A stretch of DNA of 64,000 nt from Clostridia bacterium. GTDB lineage: Bacteria; Bacillota; Clostridia; Christensenellales; UBA1242. The notes beneath the pieces were generated by a model that was not told the DNA's origin, made no database searches, and worked only from the letters and a program-made list of their open reading frames with translations. A program made the translations under genes and the position numbers. Shown here in pieces: positions 49,672-57,878 of this stretch. Numbering within the stretch: the stretch's first letter is position 1; each line of letters begins with the position of its first letter. The stretch spans positions 130,078-194,077 of the forward strand of contig JAFQDL010000009.1 of the NCBI GenBank assembly GCA_017399265.1. The letters are read 5' to 3'.

Positions 49672-50845
49672 GTTGTTTAATAAGCTCTATAATCTTATAA
49701 GATATTTGTTCTATTAAATCTTTAGGGAAGTCACACATACTTATTCTAATCTTAAATTGTTTATCATTGAAATTTTCGTAACCATCTAATGCTATGAAAT
49801 CAAAACCAAAACTTACCGCATGGTATATGCCAATATCATTATTTTCTTTACAGAAGTTTATAATTCTATCTTTCATCGTTGCAAGTTCAAGATTTTTGTT
49901 TGAAAAATTATATAAGCAAAACTGTTTATGATTAGGGGAATTTAACACCATTCCATTTTTATTAAATAATGAAACCATATACTCGGTATTATTCTCAATG
50001 CCAGTTAACCTCTTTTCATTTAAACTTACAAATTGTTTATCTATCATAAATTGAGGAAACTTTTCAGGAGGCAAGCATGCCCCTATAACTCCTATTATAT
50101 GTCTACAGTCTTCTATAATCTTTCCTAAATTATCAATATATATAGATTGATTATATAAAAATGTTACAGAACCCATATGTGAATACTCTGTAGCTCCCAT
50201 ATCTAATTTTGTATGACTTCTAACCAAAATACAAGGTTTATTTAACTCATTAACAATACGATTAATCGTGTTGATATATTTATTTGATAAATAACAGGTG
50301 GTATCTATAATTATGTAGTCATAACTTTCCAATATATCGCTTGAAATGTTAAAACTAAAATCACTAGCAATAGAGTCTATATAAAGTGCTTTTGATGTAT
50401 ACTCAATGTTTTTTGTAAGATTGGAAATCAATTTTATTGTTTCGAAGTATGTTTCACTATACATTAAATCAATTCTTATATTGTTATAACAAATTAAACT
50501 GGTCAGCAACGATGCAATAGCGGACATTCCACAATTTGTAAAATAATGTTTGTATAAAAATCCTGAATATCCATAAAATTCTTCCACGAAATTATTTACT
50601 ACAACTTGTCCGTTAAATCTTTCATAAGTGTAGTTATATTTTAAATTTTCTTCATCTATGCTAAAAGATGATTTGTTAGATAAATCATGGTAATACTTAT
50701 CAAAATTATAGAATTTCATTTCTTTAATCAATTTCTCTTTATTCTGCAAAAAATCTATAGAATTCTTTAAATTGAATTCCTGTTTTTTTCCACAATATTT
50801 AGATAAAATATTTAATTCTTTGTTTTTATCCGCTATGTATGACAT
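49652..50845 (-). CDS. Hypothetical protein with weak resemblance to fold-type-I PLP enzymes of the Cys/Met-metabolism family
   Basis: 397 aa. NCGMSAIASLL resembles the (S/A)SGMAAI segment, and VRSHTKLDMG resembles the HS.TK...G Schiff-base-lysine segment. By-eye motif match only. Confidence 0.35.
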   Translation of the reverse strand: MSYIADKNKELNILSKYCGKKQEFNLKNSIDFLQNKEKLIKEMKFYNFDKYYHDLSNKSSFSIDEENLKYNYTYERFNGQVVVNNFVEEFYGYSGFLYKHYFTNCGMSAIASLLTSLICYNNIRIDLMYSETYFETIKLISNLTKNIEYTSKALYIDSIASDFSFNISSDILESYDYIIIDTTCYLSNKYINTINRIVNELNKPCILVRSHTKLDMGATEYSHMGSVTFLYNQSIYIDNLGKIIEDCRHIIGVIGACLPPEKFPQFMIDKQFVSLNEKRLTGIENNTEYMVSLFNKNGMVLNSPNHKQFCLYNFSNKNLELATMKDRIINFCKENNDIGIYHAVSFGFDFIALDGYENFNDKQFKIRISMCDFPKDLIEQISYKIIELIKQLENYGG

Positions 50846-50855
50846 TTGCTTTCCC

Positions 50856-51362
50856 TTATATATTTTTAAAAGTTATTACCAATCTATTTGGCTTTGGGTA
50901 GTTTTCAACAAAATTATCGTTTGTATAGTTTTTTACAGCTTTAAGCCAAAATTTTTTCGTTCCTTCGCTTCTAGGAACAGGTCTTATTTCCCAATTACCC
51001 TTATACATATCAAAGATTTGTTTTACAATTATTTCACCATATCCTTTTTTCTTATATGCATTTAATATAAACATCTCAGAAAAATCATAGCAAGGGGTAT
51101 CTTTTTGTTTATCTAAAACCATAAATTCATCATCAATTAACACAAATCCACCAATCTTATTATCTATGTATATCAAGTAAGCATATCTATTTTCTTCAGT
51201 AAAATAATAATCTATATAATTATATTCAAACAAACCATGCTCATTAACATCCATAGGTAAAGAGGCAGTTATATCATGCATATATAGTTGAAATAGATTT
51301 TGTAATATTGATTTGTCTTTAGATTCAATCCTAATTAATTTTATATTATTTTCCATATTCAT
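50856..51362 (-). CDS. GNAT-family N-acetyltransferase
   Basis: 168 aa. Motif-A-like NAYKKKGYGEIIV, and overall length and pattern of small GNATs. Confidence 0.65.
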   Translation of the reverse strand: MNMENNIKLIRIESKDKSILQNLFQLYMHDITASLPMDVNEHGLFEYNYIDYYFTEENRYAYLIYIDNKIGGFVLIDDEFMVLDKQKDTPCYDFSEMFILNAYKKKGYGEIIVKQIFDMYKGNWEIRPVPRSEGTKKFWLKAVKNYTNDNFVENYPKPNRLVITFKNI

Positions 51363-52476
51363 TTTCTCCTACATCTTCAATTTCTTTTAATTCATGTCCA
51401 ACAAATTTGCCATCTTTCATAATTGATTCATCATCAATTTTTATTTCTCCACCACCATATTCTGGTGTAAACATCTTAACCATATCCCAATGTATGCTTG
51501 CTCTGTTGCCATTATCACTTAAATCATGACTATTTCCTAACGCTAAATGGAATGATCCTAATATCTTTTCATCAAATAAGATATTGCTCGTAGGCTTTTT
51601 TATATTTGGATTTGTTCCAATTGCAAATTCACCTACAAAACGATTTCCTTCATTACTATCTAATATCTGTAATAATAGTCTCTCATTAGTGTTGGCTGAA
51701 GCATTTATAACTTTTCCATTTTTGAATTCTAAATACACATTTTCAAATCTACTACCTTGATATCTTGTAGGTATGTTAAATCTAACATATCCATTCATGC
51801 TAGTTAAATCTGGAGCAATAAATATCTCTCCATCTGGCAAATTTATAGTACCAGAGCAAATGGCTGATTTGCATTTTGTTACATCAAAGTCAAGTTTTGT
51901 ACCTTCTGCTTCAATTTGAACATGCTTGCCTTTATCTAAAATCCTTTTTAGAGGTACCATTTTTTCATATAATTTTTCATAATTTGTATTAACTGCTTTG
52001 AAAAACATATCCTCATAAGCTTCAGTACTCATACCAAACTGCTGTGCTGATGTAAATGATGGATAGTCAACGGTAATCCATCTTAGTTTAGGAACTATTA
52101 TTTCAAAGTTGATTGGTTTAAAATAATATTTTTGATACAAAGCTCTTTTATCTGCAGGAACACCAGACATGTCAAAACAATTATCGGAATCCATCATGTT
52201 GATATATACATCAACTTTGTTAAGCAATGCTGCCTTCGAATCTCTCATTATTTCAAATTGCTCTTTTGAACCATGCTTTATTAGAATGCTTTTTATGTCA
52301 TTTTCTTCTAAACATACTAAAGGAATAGCACCACGAGCGTCTAAAAGTTTTATCATATACTTTAACATATCAGTACAATTTTTAGTTGAATCTATTAAAA
52401 CCTTTTCGCCTGGTTTTATTTTTAAAGAATAGTCCACTATAGTTCTAGCCATTCTTTTTAATCTTTCATCAATCAT
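51346..52476 (-). CDS. M29-family aminopeptidase (AmpS/PepS-like)
   Basis: 376 aa. N-terminal L.R.A..IVDYSL.IKPGEKVLI and C-terminal GEFAIGTN...H.ALG are typical of M29. Its ATG directly abuts the upstream stop (TAAATG). Confidence 0.75.
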   Translation of the reverse strand: MIDERLKRMARTIVDYSLKIKPGEKVLIDSTKNCTDMLKYMIKLLDARGAIPLVCLEENDIKSILIKHGSKEQFEIMRDSKAALLNKVDVYINMMDSDNCFDMSGVPADKRALYQKYYFKPINFEIIVPKLRWITVDYPSFTSAQQFGMSTEAYEDMFFKAVNTNYEKLYEKMVPLKRILDKGKHVQIEAEGTKLDFDVTKCKSAICSGTINLPDGEIFIAPDLTSMNGYVRFNIPTRYQGSRFENVYLEFKNGKVINASANTNERLLLQILDSNEGNRFVGEFAIGTNPNIKKPTSNILFDEKILGSFHLALGNSHDLSDNGNRASIHWDMVKMFTPEYGGGEIKIDDESIMKDGKFVGHELKEIEDVGENEYGK

Positions 52477-53385
52477 TTATTCCTCCTTTTTAAACATATT
52501 TGCCAATGTACTTTCCACATCCATGTATTGTTGTTCAAGTTTGGTTTTAAAGTGGTTAGTAACTTCTAAACTAATATCTTTTAACTTATCTTGAAGTTCA
52601 GTCATGTCAAACTTATTAATACTATTTACAAAACAATCTTTAGTATATATGTAATATTCATTATCCACCAAATCAAACCAAATTGGTAATATGATTTCTG
52701 TATTTAAATAATAATTGGCAACATCATATCTAGACCATAAATCACTTAAAAATTGAATATGGTAATTAGTGTTTTCGTATAATATAGGCAACATATCTTT
52801 TATCTTATATAAATTAATTGGTTCTAATTCACTATTCAAAGCACGACCTTCATTTGATTGATTTACTATTTTTACTTTTCTAACATTCAAGTAGCTTATC
52901 AACATTTTTGAAATATCATACAAATCATCAACGTTATAATTATTAGCAGTAAATTGTAAATATGTAATTTTATCAATTTCTTTCAAATAGTCTAATGTTT
53001 TTAATAAGTTTTTAAATGAATAGTTATTGCCTCTAACAAAGTTATGATTATGTTCCAATCCATCAATACTCAAATAACAAGCATCCACTAAATCAAATAA
53101 TTCTTTATTTAATATCATTCCGTTTGTAAATATATCAACTTTACCAAACCCAATGTCCTTAGCATATTTTACTAATTCAACAATATGTGGAAAAGTTGTG
53201 CATTCGCCACCCGTAAACATTATTTCGTTGACTCCGCCATCAAATAGAGTTAATAATAATTGTTTTGCACTTAAAAATATTTTATCAAAATCCTCATCAA
53301 CATTATAAGAAGCATTCATATAGCAATGTTTACAATTTAAATTACATCGATGTGTTAAAATTATGTTAACTCTGTTACATTTCAT
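52477..53385 (-). CDS. Radical SAM enzyme without SPASM/twitch extension
   Basis: LTHRCNLNCKHCY (CX3CX2C) 12 residues from the start, and FTGGE. Start set at ATG 53385 behind AAGGAGG. Overlaps the upstream stop by 11 nt. Confidence 0.85.
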   Translation of the reverse strand: MKCNRVNIILTHRCNLNCKHCYMNASYNVDEDFDKIFLSAKQLLLTLFDGGVNEIMFTGGECTTFPHIVELVKYAKDIGFGKVDIFTNGMILNKELFDLVDACYLSIDGLEHNHNFVRGNNYSFKNLLKTLDYLKEIDKITYLQFTANNYNVDDLYDISKMLISYLNVRKVKIVNQSNEGRALNSELEPINLYKIKDMLPILYENTNYHIQFLSDLWSRYDVANYYLNTEIILPIWFDLVDNEYYIYTKDCFVNSINKFDMTELQDKLKDISLEVTNHFKTKLEQQYMDVESTLANMFKKEE

Positions 53386-54196
53386 TTGCAACCTCCTTAA
53401 TATATTCTGCAACTGGAAAATATTGAAAAGGATAGTTAGGCAAATATTCTACAAAGACTCTCTTACAACATTTAATAAACATTTCATATTCTTTAGATTT
53501 TAAATAATTTGATAACACTCTTTGAAAGTTGTCATTTTTTATATTGCCTAAATACAAGTTCTTATTTATTATCATATGAGGGTATAGGTTATAATCTTTA
53601 TCTATCAATATTACTTTTGGAAGTCCACTTATCTTTTTATGACATTTCCAGCCATCACACAAATAACAATTGCAAGGATGTTCTTTTAAAAGACTTGTAG
53701 GTACAATATAATTTCCTATGTTTAACAATTTATTAGGAACTCGTTGAAACAAGGTATTTAAGCAATCATTTATTTTATATATATTTTTCACATCAACTTC
53801 TGGCTCAATAATAACATTAACATTGTTATTTGTTAAGTCAACAAGCTTTTCTATATTAGATTCATTTAAAATCACTTGATTATAAATATTATTTTTATTA
53901 ATTTGTAAATCAGAATTGGTGTTTATAAAAATAATGTTGTCGGAAATATCAAAAGTTAAATCATCAAGCAAATCTGTTTCTATAATGATTGGTAATTTAA
54001 CTGATTGTAATGTATTTAACAATTCTTGCAAATAGTTGCTTGAAATTTTTACATAAATTCTTTTAAAGTTCAAATCAACTAAATCTTCAAAATATTGGCT
54101 AAAGAATTGTTCATATTCCTCAATTGTGTCTAATTGCAATCTTAAAGTTGCATTTTCCATATCTAAATATTTAATATTTTTCATCTGCAACCCCAT
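53375..54196 (-). CDS. Cys-rich accessory protein, degenerate radical-SAM/SPASM-like (no CX3CX2C)
   Basis: 273 aa. It has no SAM-cluster motif. The C-terminal CNCYLCDGWKC followed by VILIDKDYNLYPH...LGNI resembles the first half of a SPASM/twitch domain. Overlaps both neighbours. A start at 54196 or 54184 is possible. Confidence 0.55.
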   Translation of the reverse strand: MGLQMKNIKYLDMENATLRLQLDTIEEYEQFFSQYFEDLVDLNFKRIYVKISSNYLQELLNTLQSVKLPIIIETDLLDDLTFDISDNIIFINTNSDLQINKNNIYNQVILNESNIEKLVDLTNNNVNVIIEPEVDVKNIYKINDCLNTLFQRVPNKLLNIGNYIVPTSLLKEHPCNCYLCDGWKCHKKISGLPKVILIDKDYNLYPHMIINKNLYLGNIKNDNFQRVLSNYLKSKEYEMFIKCCKRVFVEYLPNYPFQYFPVAEYIKEVANEM

Positions 54197-55373
54197 TAAT
54201 TATGCAATAAACGTCATCTTCTGCATTTAAACTGTTATGTAATATATTTGCTCTAACTCTACAACCGCCACTACAGTTTTTACATTTATCAGTTTTCTTA
54301 TTACAACAAAAATTATATTTTGATGTAAGAATTTTCCATATTTGCTTAATATCAAATGCTTGTATTGTTCCTAAAATATTGCAGTCATTAGTCATGCTAG
54401 GGCAAGGGTACACATTACCATTAGACTTAATATAAACAAATCTATCTCCAATGCCACAACCTACAGATATTGCATCTTTATTTATTATGTTGTAATGATT
54501 TTCATAAATATCTTTAATAATTTTTGCAGATTCTTGAATTGAATTGTCTAAATCATTTGCTCTTCCTTCTGGAATGATTACATCTAAAACACTTTTAACA
54601 TTTAGAGAGTCTATAAATCCAATCATTTCTTCTATATGTTCTTTATTGTGTTGTCCAACCATACTATTAATAGTAACTGGTATATTATTGTTTTTTAATA
54701 TTTTAATTGCCTCTATCGTTCTTTCAAATGATTTTGGCATGCCTCTAAATTGATTATGACATTCTGCATGACAAGAATCTACGCTTGTAACAATTTCTTT
54801 TACTCCATATTTCTTAAACATATTTAAGAAGTTGTCATTAAATAAAGTTAAATTAGTAAATATTCTAACTAAAAATCCATTCAAATAACAATATTCCAAT
54901 AGTTTGTCTAAATCTCTGTACATAAGAGGTTCTCCACCAGTAAAGTCAATTTGATATGTTCCATATTCTTTGGATTTTTCTAGAGTAGAGATAATGTCTA
55001 AATAATTTAATTCTTGTTGTTCAGTTGAAGAAAAACTTCCATAACAATGAGCGCATTTTAGGTTGCATTTGCTTGTAAGCTCAAAGAATAATCTAGCACA
55101 ATTAAATTCTTTAACATCTTTAATATTTTTAATAACATTAGAGCTTTCATAAGTTATTACATTTAAAGAAAGAAGATTGTTAATAATCTCCGAAGAGTAT
55201 TTATTAGAATAAAAACTTTGAATGTTTGTATTATCTTTAACATCTTTTAACAAATCAAACATTTGCTCATTAATGTTATATGTTGTTTTTGTTTGTCTGT
55301 CAAAAATAAAGCATTTATGCTCAAATTTATTATTAACTATAACACAACTATCGTTAATATATAAGTTTCTCAT
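54171..55373 (-). CDS. Radical SAM/SPASM-domain peptide maturase with N-terminal RRE-like (PqqD-like) domain
   Basis: 400 aa. About 95 residues precede TSKCNLKCAHCY (CX3CX2C), then FTGGEP. The C-terminal part is CGIGDRFVYIKSNGNVYPC...CCNKKTDKCKNCSGGCRVRA (SPASM pattern). TAGGAG SD. Confidence 0.85.
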   Translation of the reverse strand: MRNLYINDSCVIVNNKFEHKCFIFDRQTKTTYNINEQMFDLLKDVKDNTNIQSFYSNKYSSEIINNLLSLNVITYESSNVIKNIKDVKEFNCARLFFELTSKCNLKCAHCYGSFSSTEQQELNYLDIISTLEKSKEYGTYQIDFTGGEPLMYRDLDKLLEYCYLNGFLVRIFTNLTLFNDNFLNMFKKYGVKEIVTSVDSCHAECHNQFRGMPKSFERTIEAIKILKNNNIPVTINSMVGQHNKEHIEEMIGFIDSLNVKSVLDVIIPEGRANDLDNSIQESAKIIKDIYENHYNIINKDAISVGCGIGDRFVYIKSNGNVYPCPSMTNDCNILGTIQAFDIKQIWKILTSKYNFCCNKKTDKCKNCSGGCRVRANILHNSLNAEDDVYCIINGVADEKY

Positions 55374-55400
55374 TATTTACTCCTATTTAAAATAAGAAAA

Positions 55401-55428
55401 GGGTGCAAAGAACTTATTCTCTGCACCC
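55401..55428 (-). terminator. Hairpin/attenuator between precursor peptide gene and maturase genes
   Basis: Minus strand reads gggtgcagagaataagttctttgcaccc followed by ttttcttatttt. It starts 13 nt after the peptide stop. Confidence 0.65.
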
Positions 55429-55440
55429 ATTCTTGTGGAA

Positions 55441-55530
55441 CTAGTTGCAGTGGCAAGTTCCAACAGCCATTTTAGCTTGAGAATCATTAGTAGCAACTAC
55501 AGTAATTGTTGGTGTTACTTTTTGTTCCAT
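55441..55530 (-). CDS. Candidate RiPP precursor peptide, 29 aa (MEQKVTPTITVVATNDSQAKMAVGTCHCN). Not in the supplied ORF track.
   Basis: Hand-translated from the minus strand. ATG at 55530 lies 7 nt after AAGGAGGA, TAG at 55443..55441, and a hairpin follows. It sits immediately upstream of the rSAM/SPASM gene, and its only Cys residues are in the C-terminal CHCN. Confidence 0.65.
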   Translation of the reverse strand: MEQKVTPTITVVATNDSQAKMAVGTCHCN

Positions 55531-55592
55531 ACAAAATTCCTCCTTTTACTAAAATATGTATATCAACTCAATGTTTTGAGAATATACCTTGT

Positions 55593-57545
55593 TTATAACT
55601 CTAGAGGGTCGTAGGTTCTTTGACTATATTTAACCCTATGAGTTCTACCAGGTTGTTTATCCAGCAATTTACAAGTTTGACCCATTTGTGTTTGAATAAA
55701 ATCTATTTCATTTCTTGGATCAAATCCAGCAAATTGGTTTTCTTTTATAACTTCAGTTGGTTTATAGCTATCAAATTCAAATATGATTTTACCCAAACCA
55801 CTTGTAAGCACTGGAAGTGTCTTTAAAATCTTAGATGAATCAAGTGCCGAACACTTTCCATGAACAACAATTGATTCTTTGCCGTATTCAATATTTGTAA
55901 TTGTTGCACCTTGGTTACTTAACATTGATATTACCGCTTTCAAATCTCTTTCATTTGTTATTAAATCATATTTATTATATGGTTCTAACAATTTAGCTCC
56001 AGACTCTTTTAACGCTCTATACAAGGCAATAGGCGTTGCAATATTAAAGTGCATAGGTTCAGATATTACGCTGTCGCTTCTAGCACTTATTAGTGATATC
56101 TTACAATCTGTCAACTCCCATCCGTGTAGTGAATTTTCTTTATAGTAATTTATCAATCTTTCTATTTGCTTTACATATTTAGGATGAATTGTTTCTTGTT
56201 TCACTTCATCAACAAACACAACTCCTTCACCACGTTTTAGCGGTGTAACTCTAAATTCAACAGCAGAACAGCTTGTATAAGATGCTTTACCTGTAGACTC
56301 TTGTATAGGAGTTTCTTTATATATAACACCAAAATCCTTTAATTCAACATCAACAGCAAATCTTTCAGCAATAAATTGTCTTATAATTTCGGCTTGCACT
56401 TGCCCCATAACATTTATTTTTAATTGAGAGGTTTTTTCATTATATTGGAAATTAAGATAAGGATCCTCAATTGTTAAAATCTTTAATGCATTTACCGCAT
56501 TTTCAATTTCGCCTTCTTTTACAACAACTTCTACACTATATAAAGGTTTATGGAAATTCAACTTTGTGTGAGGCGGGTATTTCCCAATAACTTGACCACA
56601 AACCAAATCTGAACCTTGAATTATTGCAACATCACCTTGTTGAATTGTATCAACTTCCATTAATTTATTTCCATTTGCAACTAACAAGTTTTTAATTTTA
56701 AAGCTTTCGCCATTAATGGTTAATGCTTGTCTTTTAGATATTTCTCCACCAAATATTTTAACGTAAGCATTCTTTATACCATTATCCACTCTTACTTGAT
56801 AAACTAATGCTGATAATTCATCTTGTTTTTCATGGCTGATATTTATTTGAGATAAGAAATCAAACAATCTGTCAACACCCAAGCCATTCAATGCACTACC
56901 TGAAAATACTGGCATTACATTTCCACTTTTCAAAAGTTCGAGTAAACGCTCCAACGATTTAACTTTTTTATTATTTACATATTTGTCAAAAGTATCTTCA
57001 TCAAATTCTGCTAATTGTTCTGTTATTTCATCGTTGCTAAAATTAACAATCTTGCCATTATCAACTTTATTTATGTATACAAATCTTCCATGTAAATTTG
57101 TATCAAAATCTTTTTTAACTCTAGATAACGACGCTCCAAATCTATCCATCTTGTTAACAAATACTATTGTAGGAATATTATTTTCGCTTAAAGATTTGTA
57201 AATTTGATAAGTTTGTGCTTCTACACCTTCCACTCCAGATACTACCATGATAGCACAATCCAAAACACTCATAGATCTTTCAACTTCTGCAACAAAGTCA
57301 ATATGTCCTGGGGTATCTATTAAATCATAATTATTCTTGCCCGCAGAAAAAGATACTAATGAGGATCTAACAGTAATTCCTCTTTCTTGTTCAACTTTTA
57401 AGTTATCGGTTACTGTGTTTCCATGATCAACTCTTCCAACAGATTTAATAACGCCTGCCGACTTAAGTAATTGTTCAGTTACCGTTGTCTTTCCTGCATT
57501 TGCATGAGCAAACACACCAATTGTAATTTTATTTGGCATATTCAC
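55593..57545 (-). CDS. Tet(M)/Tet(O)-type ribosomal-protection-like translational GTPase
   Basis: 650 aa, Tet(M)-like length and shorter than EF-G. Has G1 AHANAGKTT, DTPGHIDF and NKMD. The C-terminal GWELTDCKISL...LLEPY... aligns by eye with Tet(M) domains IV and V. Confidence 0.8.
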   Translation of the reverse strand: MNMPNKITIGVFAHANAGKTTVTEQLLKSAGVIKSVGRVDHGNTVTDNLKVEQERGITVRSSLVSFSAGKNNYDLIDTPGHIDFVAEVERSMSVLDCAIMVVSGVEGVEAQTYQIYKSLSENNIPTIVFVNKMDRFGASLSRVKKDFDTNLHGRFVYINKVDNGKIVNFSNDEITEQLAEFDEDTFDKYVNNKKVKSLERLLELLKSGNVMPVFSGSALNGLGVDRLFDFLSQINISHEKQDELSALVYQVRVDNGIKNAYVKIFGGEISKRQALTINGESFKIKNLLVANGNKLMEVDTIQQGDVAIIQGSDLVCGQVIGKYPPHTKLNFHKPLYSVEVVVKEGEIENAVNALKILTIEDPYLNFQYNEKTSQLKINVMGQVQAEIIRQFIAERFAVDVELKDFGVIYKETPIQESTGKASYTSCSAVEFRVTPLKRGEGVVFVDEVKQETIHPKYVKQIERLINYYKENSLHGWELTDCKISLISARSDSVISEPMHFNIATPIALYRALKESGAKLLEPYNKYDLITNERDLKAVISMLSNQGATITNIEYGKESIVVHGKCSALDSSKILKTLPVLTSGLGKIIFEFDSYKPTEVIKENQFAGFDPRNEIDFIQTQMGQTCKLLDKQPGRTHRVKYSQRTYDPLEL

Positions 57546-57731
57546 ACCTCACGAAATTATATGCATTATAACATAATATGATAATAAAAGCAATACTAAA
57601 TTAAAAATTTATAAGCAGATACTAAAAATGTCAAATTGTACCCAAAATGGAAAAGTGGGCAAAAGTGCACCATTTTTGCACCGAGATTTAGGTGGCGGAT
57701 GTGTTTATGGTGGAAAAGTTAGACAAGTTAG

Positions 57732-57760
57732 TTGACATTTTGCATCAGTTTGATTATAAT
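57732..57760 (+). promoter_or_regulatory. Perfect-consensus sigma-A promoter pointing out of the island toward attR
   Basis: TTGACA (57732..57737), exactly 17 nt, TATAAT (57755..57760). There is no plus-strand ORF downstream before the tRNA fragment. Confidence 0.5.
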
Positions 57761-57817
57761 GTTTGTCATAATTGACGAAATGAGCGTTAGAAAAGATATT
57801 TAAACGATTTTTGGGCG

Positions 57818-57865
57818 CTCCTAAGCGATAGGTCGGATGTTCAAATCATCTCGGTTGCACCAATT
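57818..57865. repeat. 48-bp direct repeat, right copy (attR-like, displaced 3' part of tRNA-Arg)
   Basis: Exact copy of 47687..47734. The upstream sequence cannot form the acceptor, D-arm or anticodon-stem 5' strands, so it is not a gene. Confidence 0.9.
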
Positions 57866-57878
57866 CCTTTGGATAAAG

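Noticed and set aside
57687-57737. 16-aa minus-strand ORF (MSTNLSNFSTINTSAT) upstream of the RPP-like GTPase, as a Tn916-style attenuation leader peptide.
   Set aside because: There is no SD. It lies upstream of the more likely promoter, and I could find no alternative terminator/antiterminator pairing.
57818-57865. Whether the second copy of the tRNA-Arg sequence is a second tRNA gene.
   Set aside because: Only the anticodon loop through the CCA is present. The upstream sequence (..gatttttgggcg) cannot form the anticodon-stem 5' strand, the D-arm or the acceptor 5' strand.
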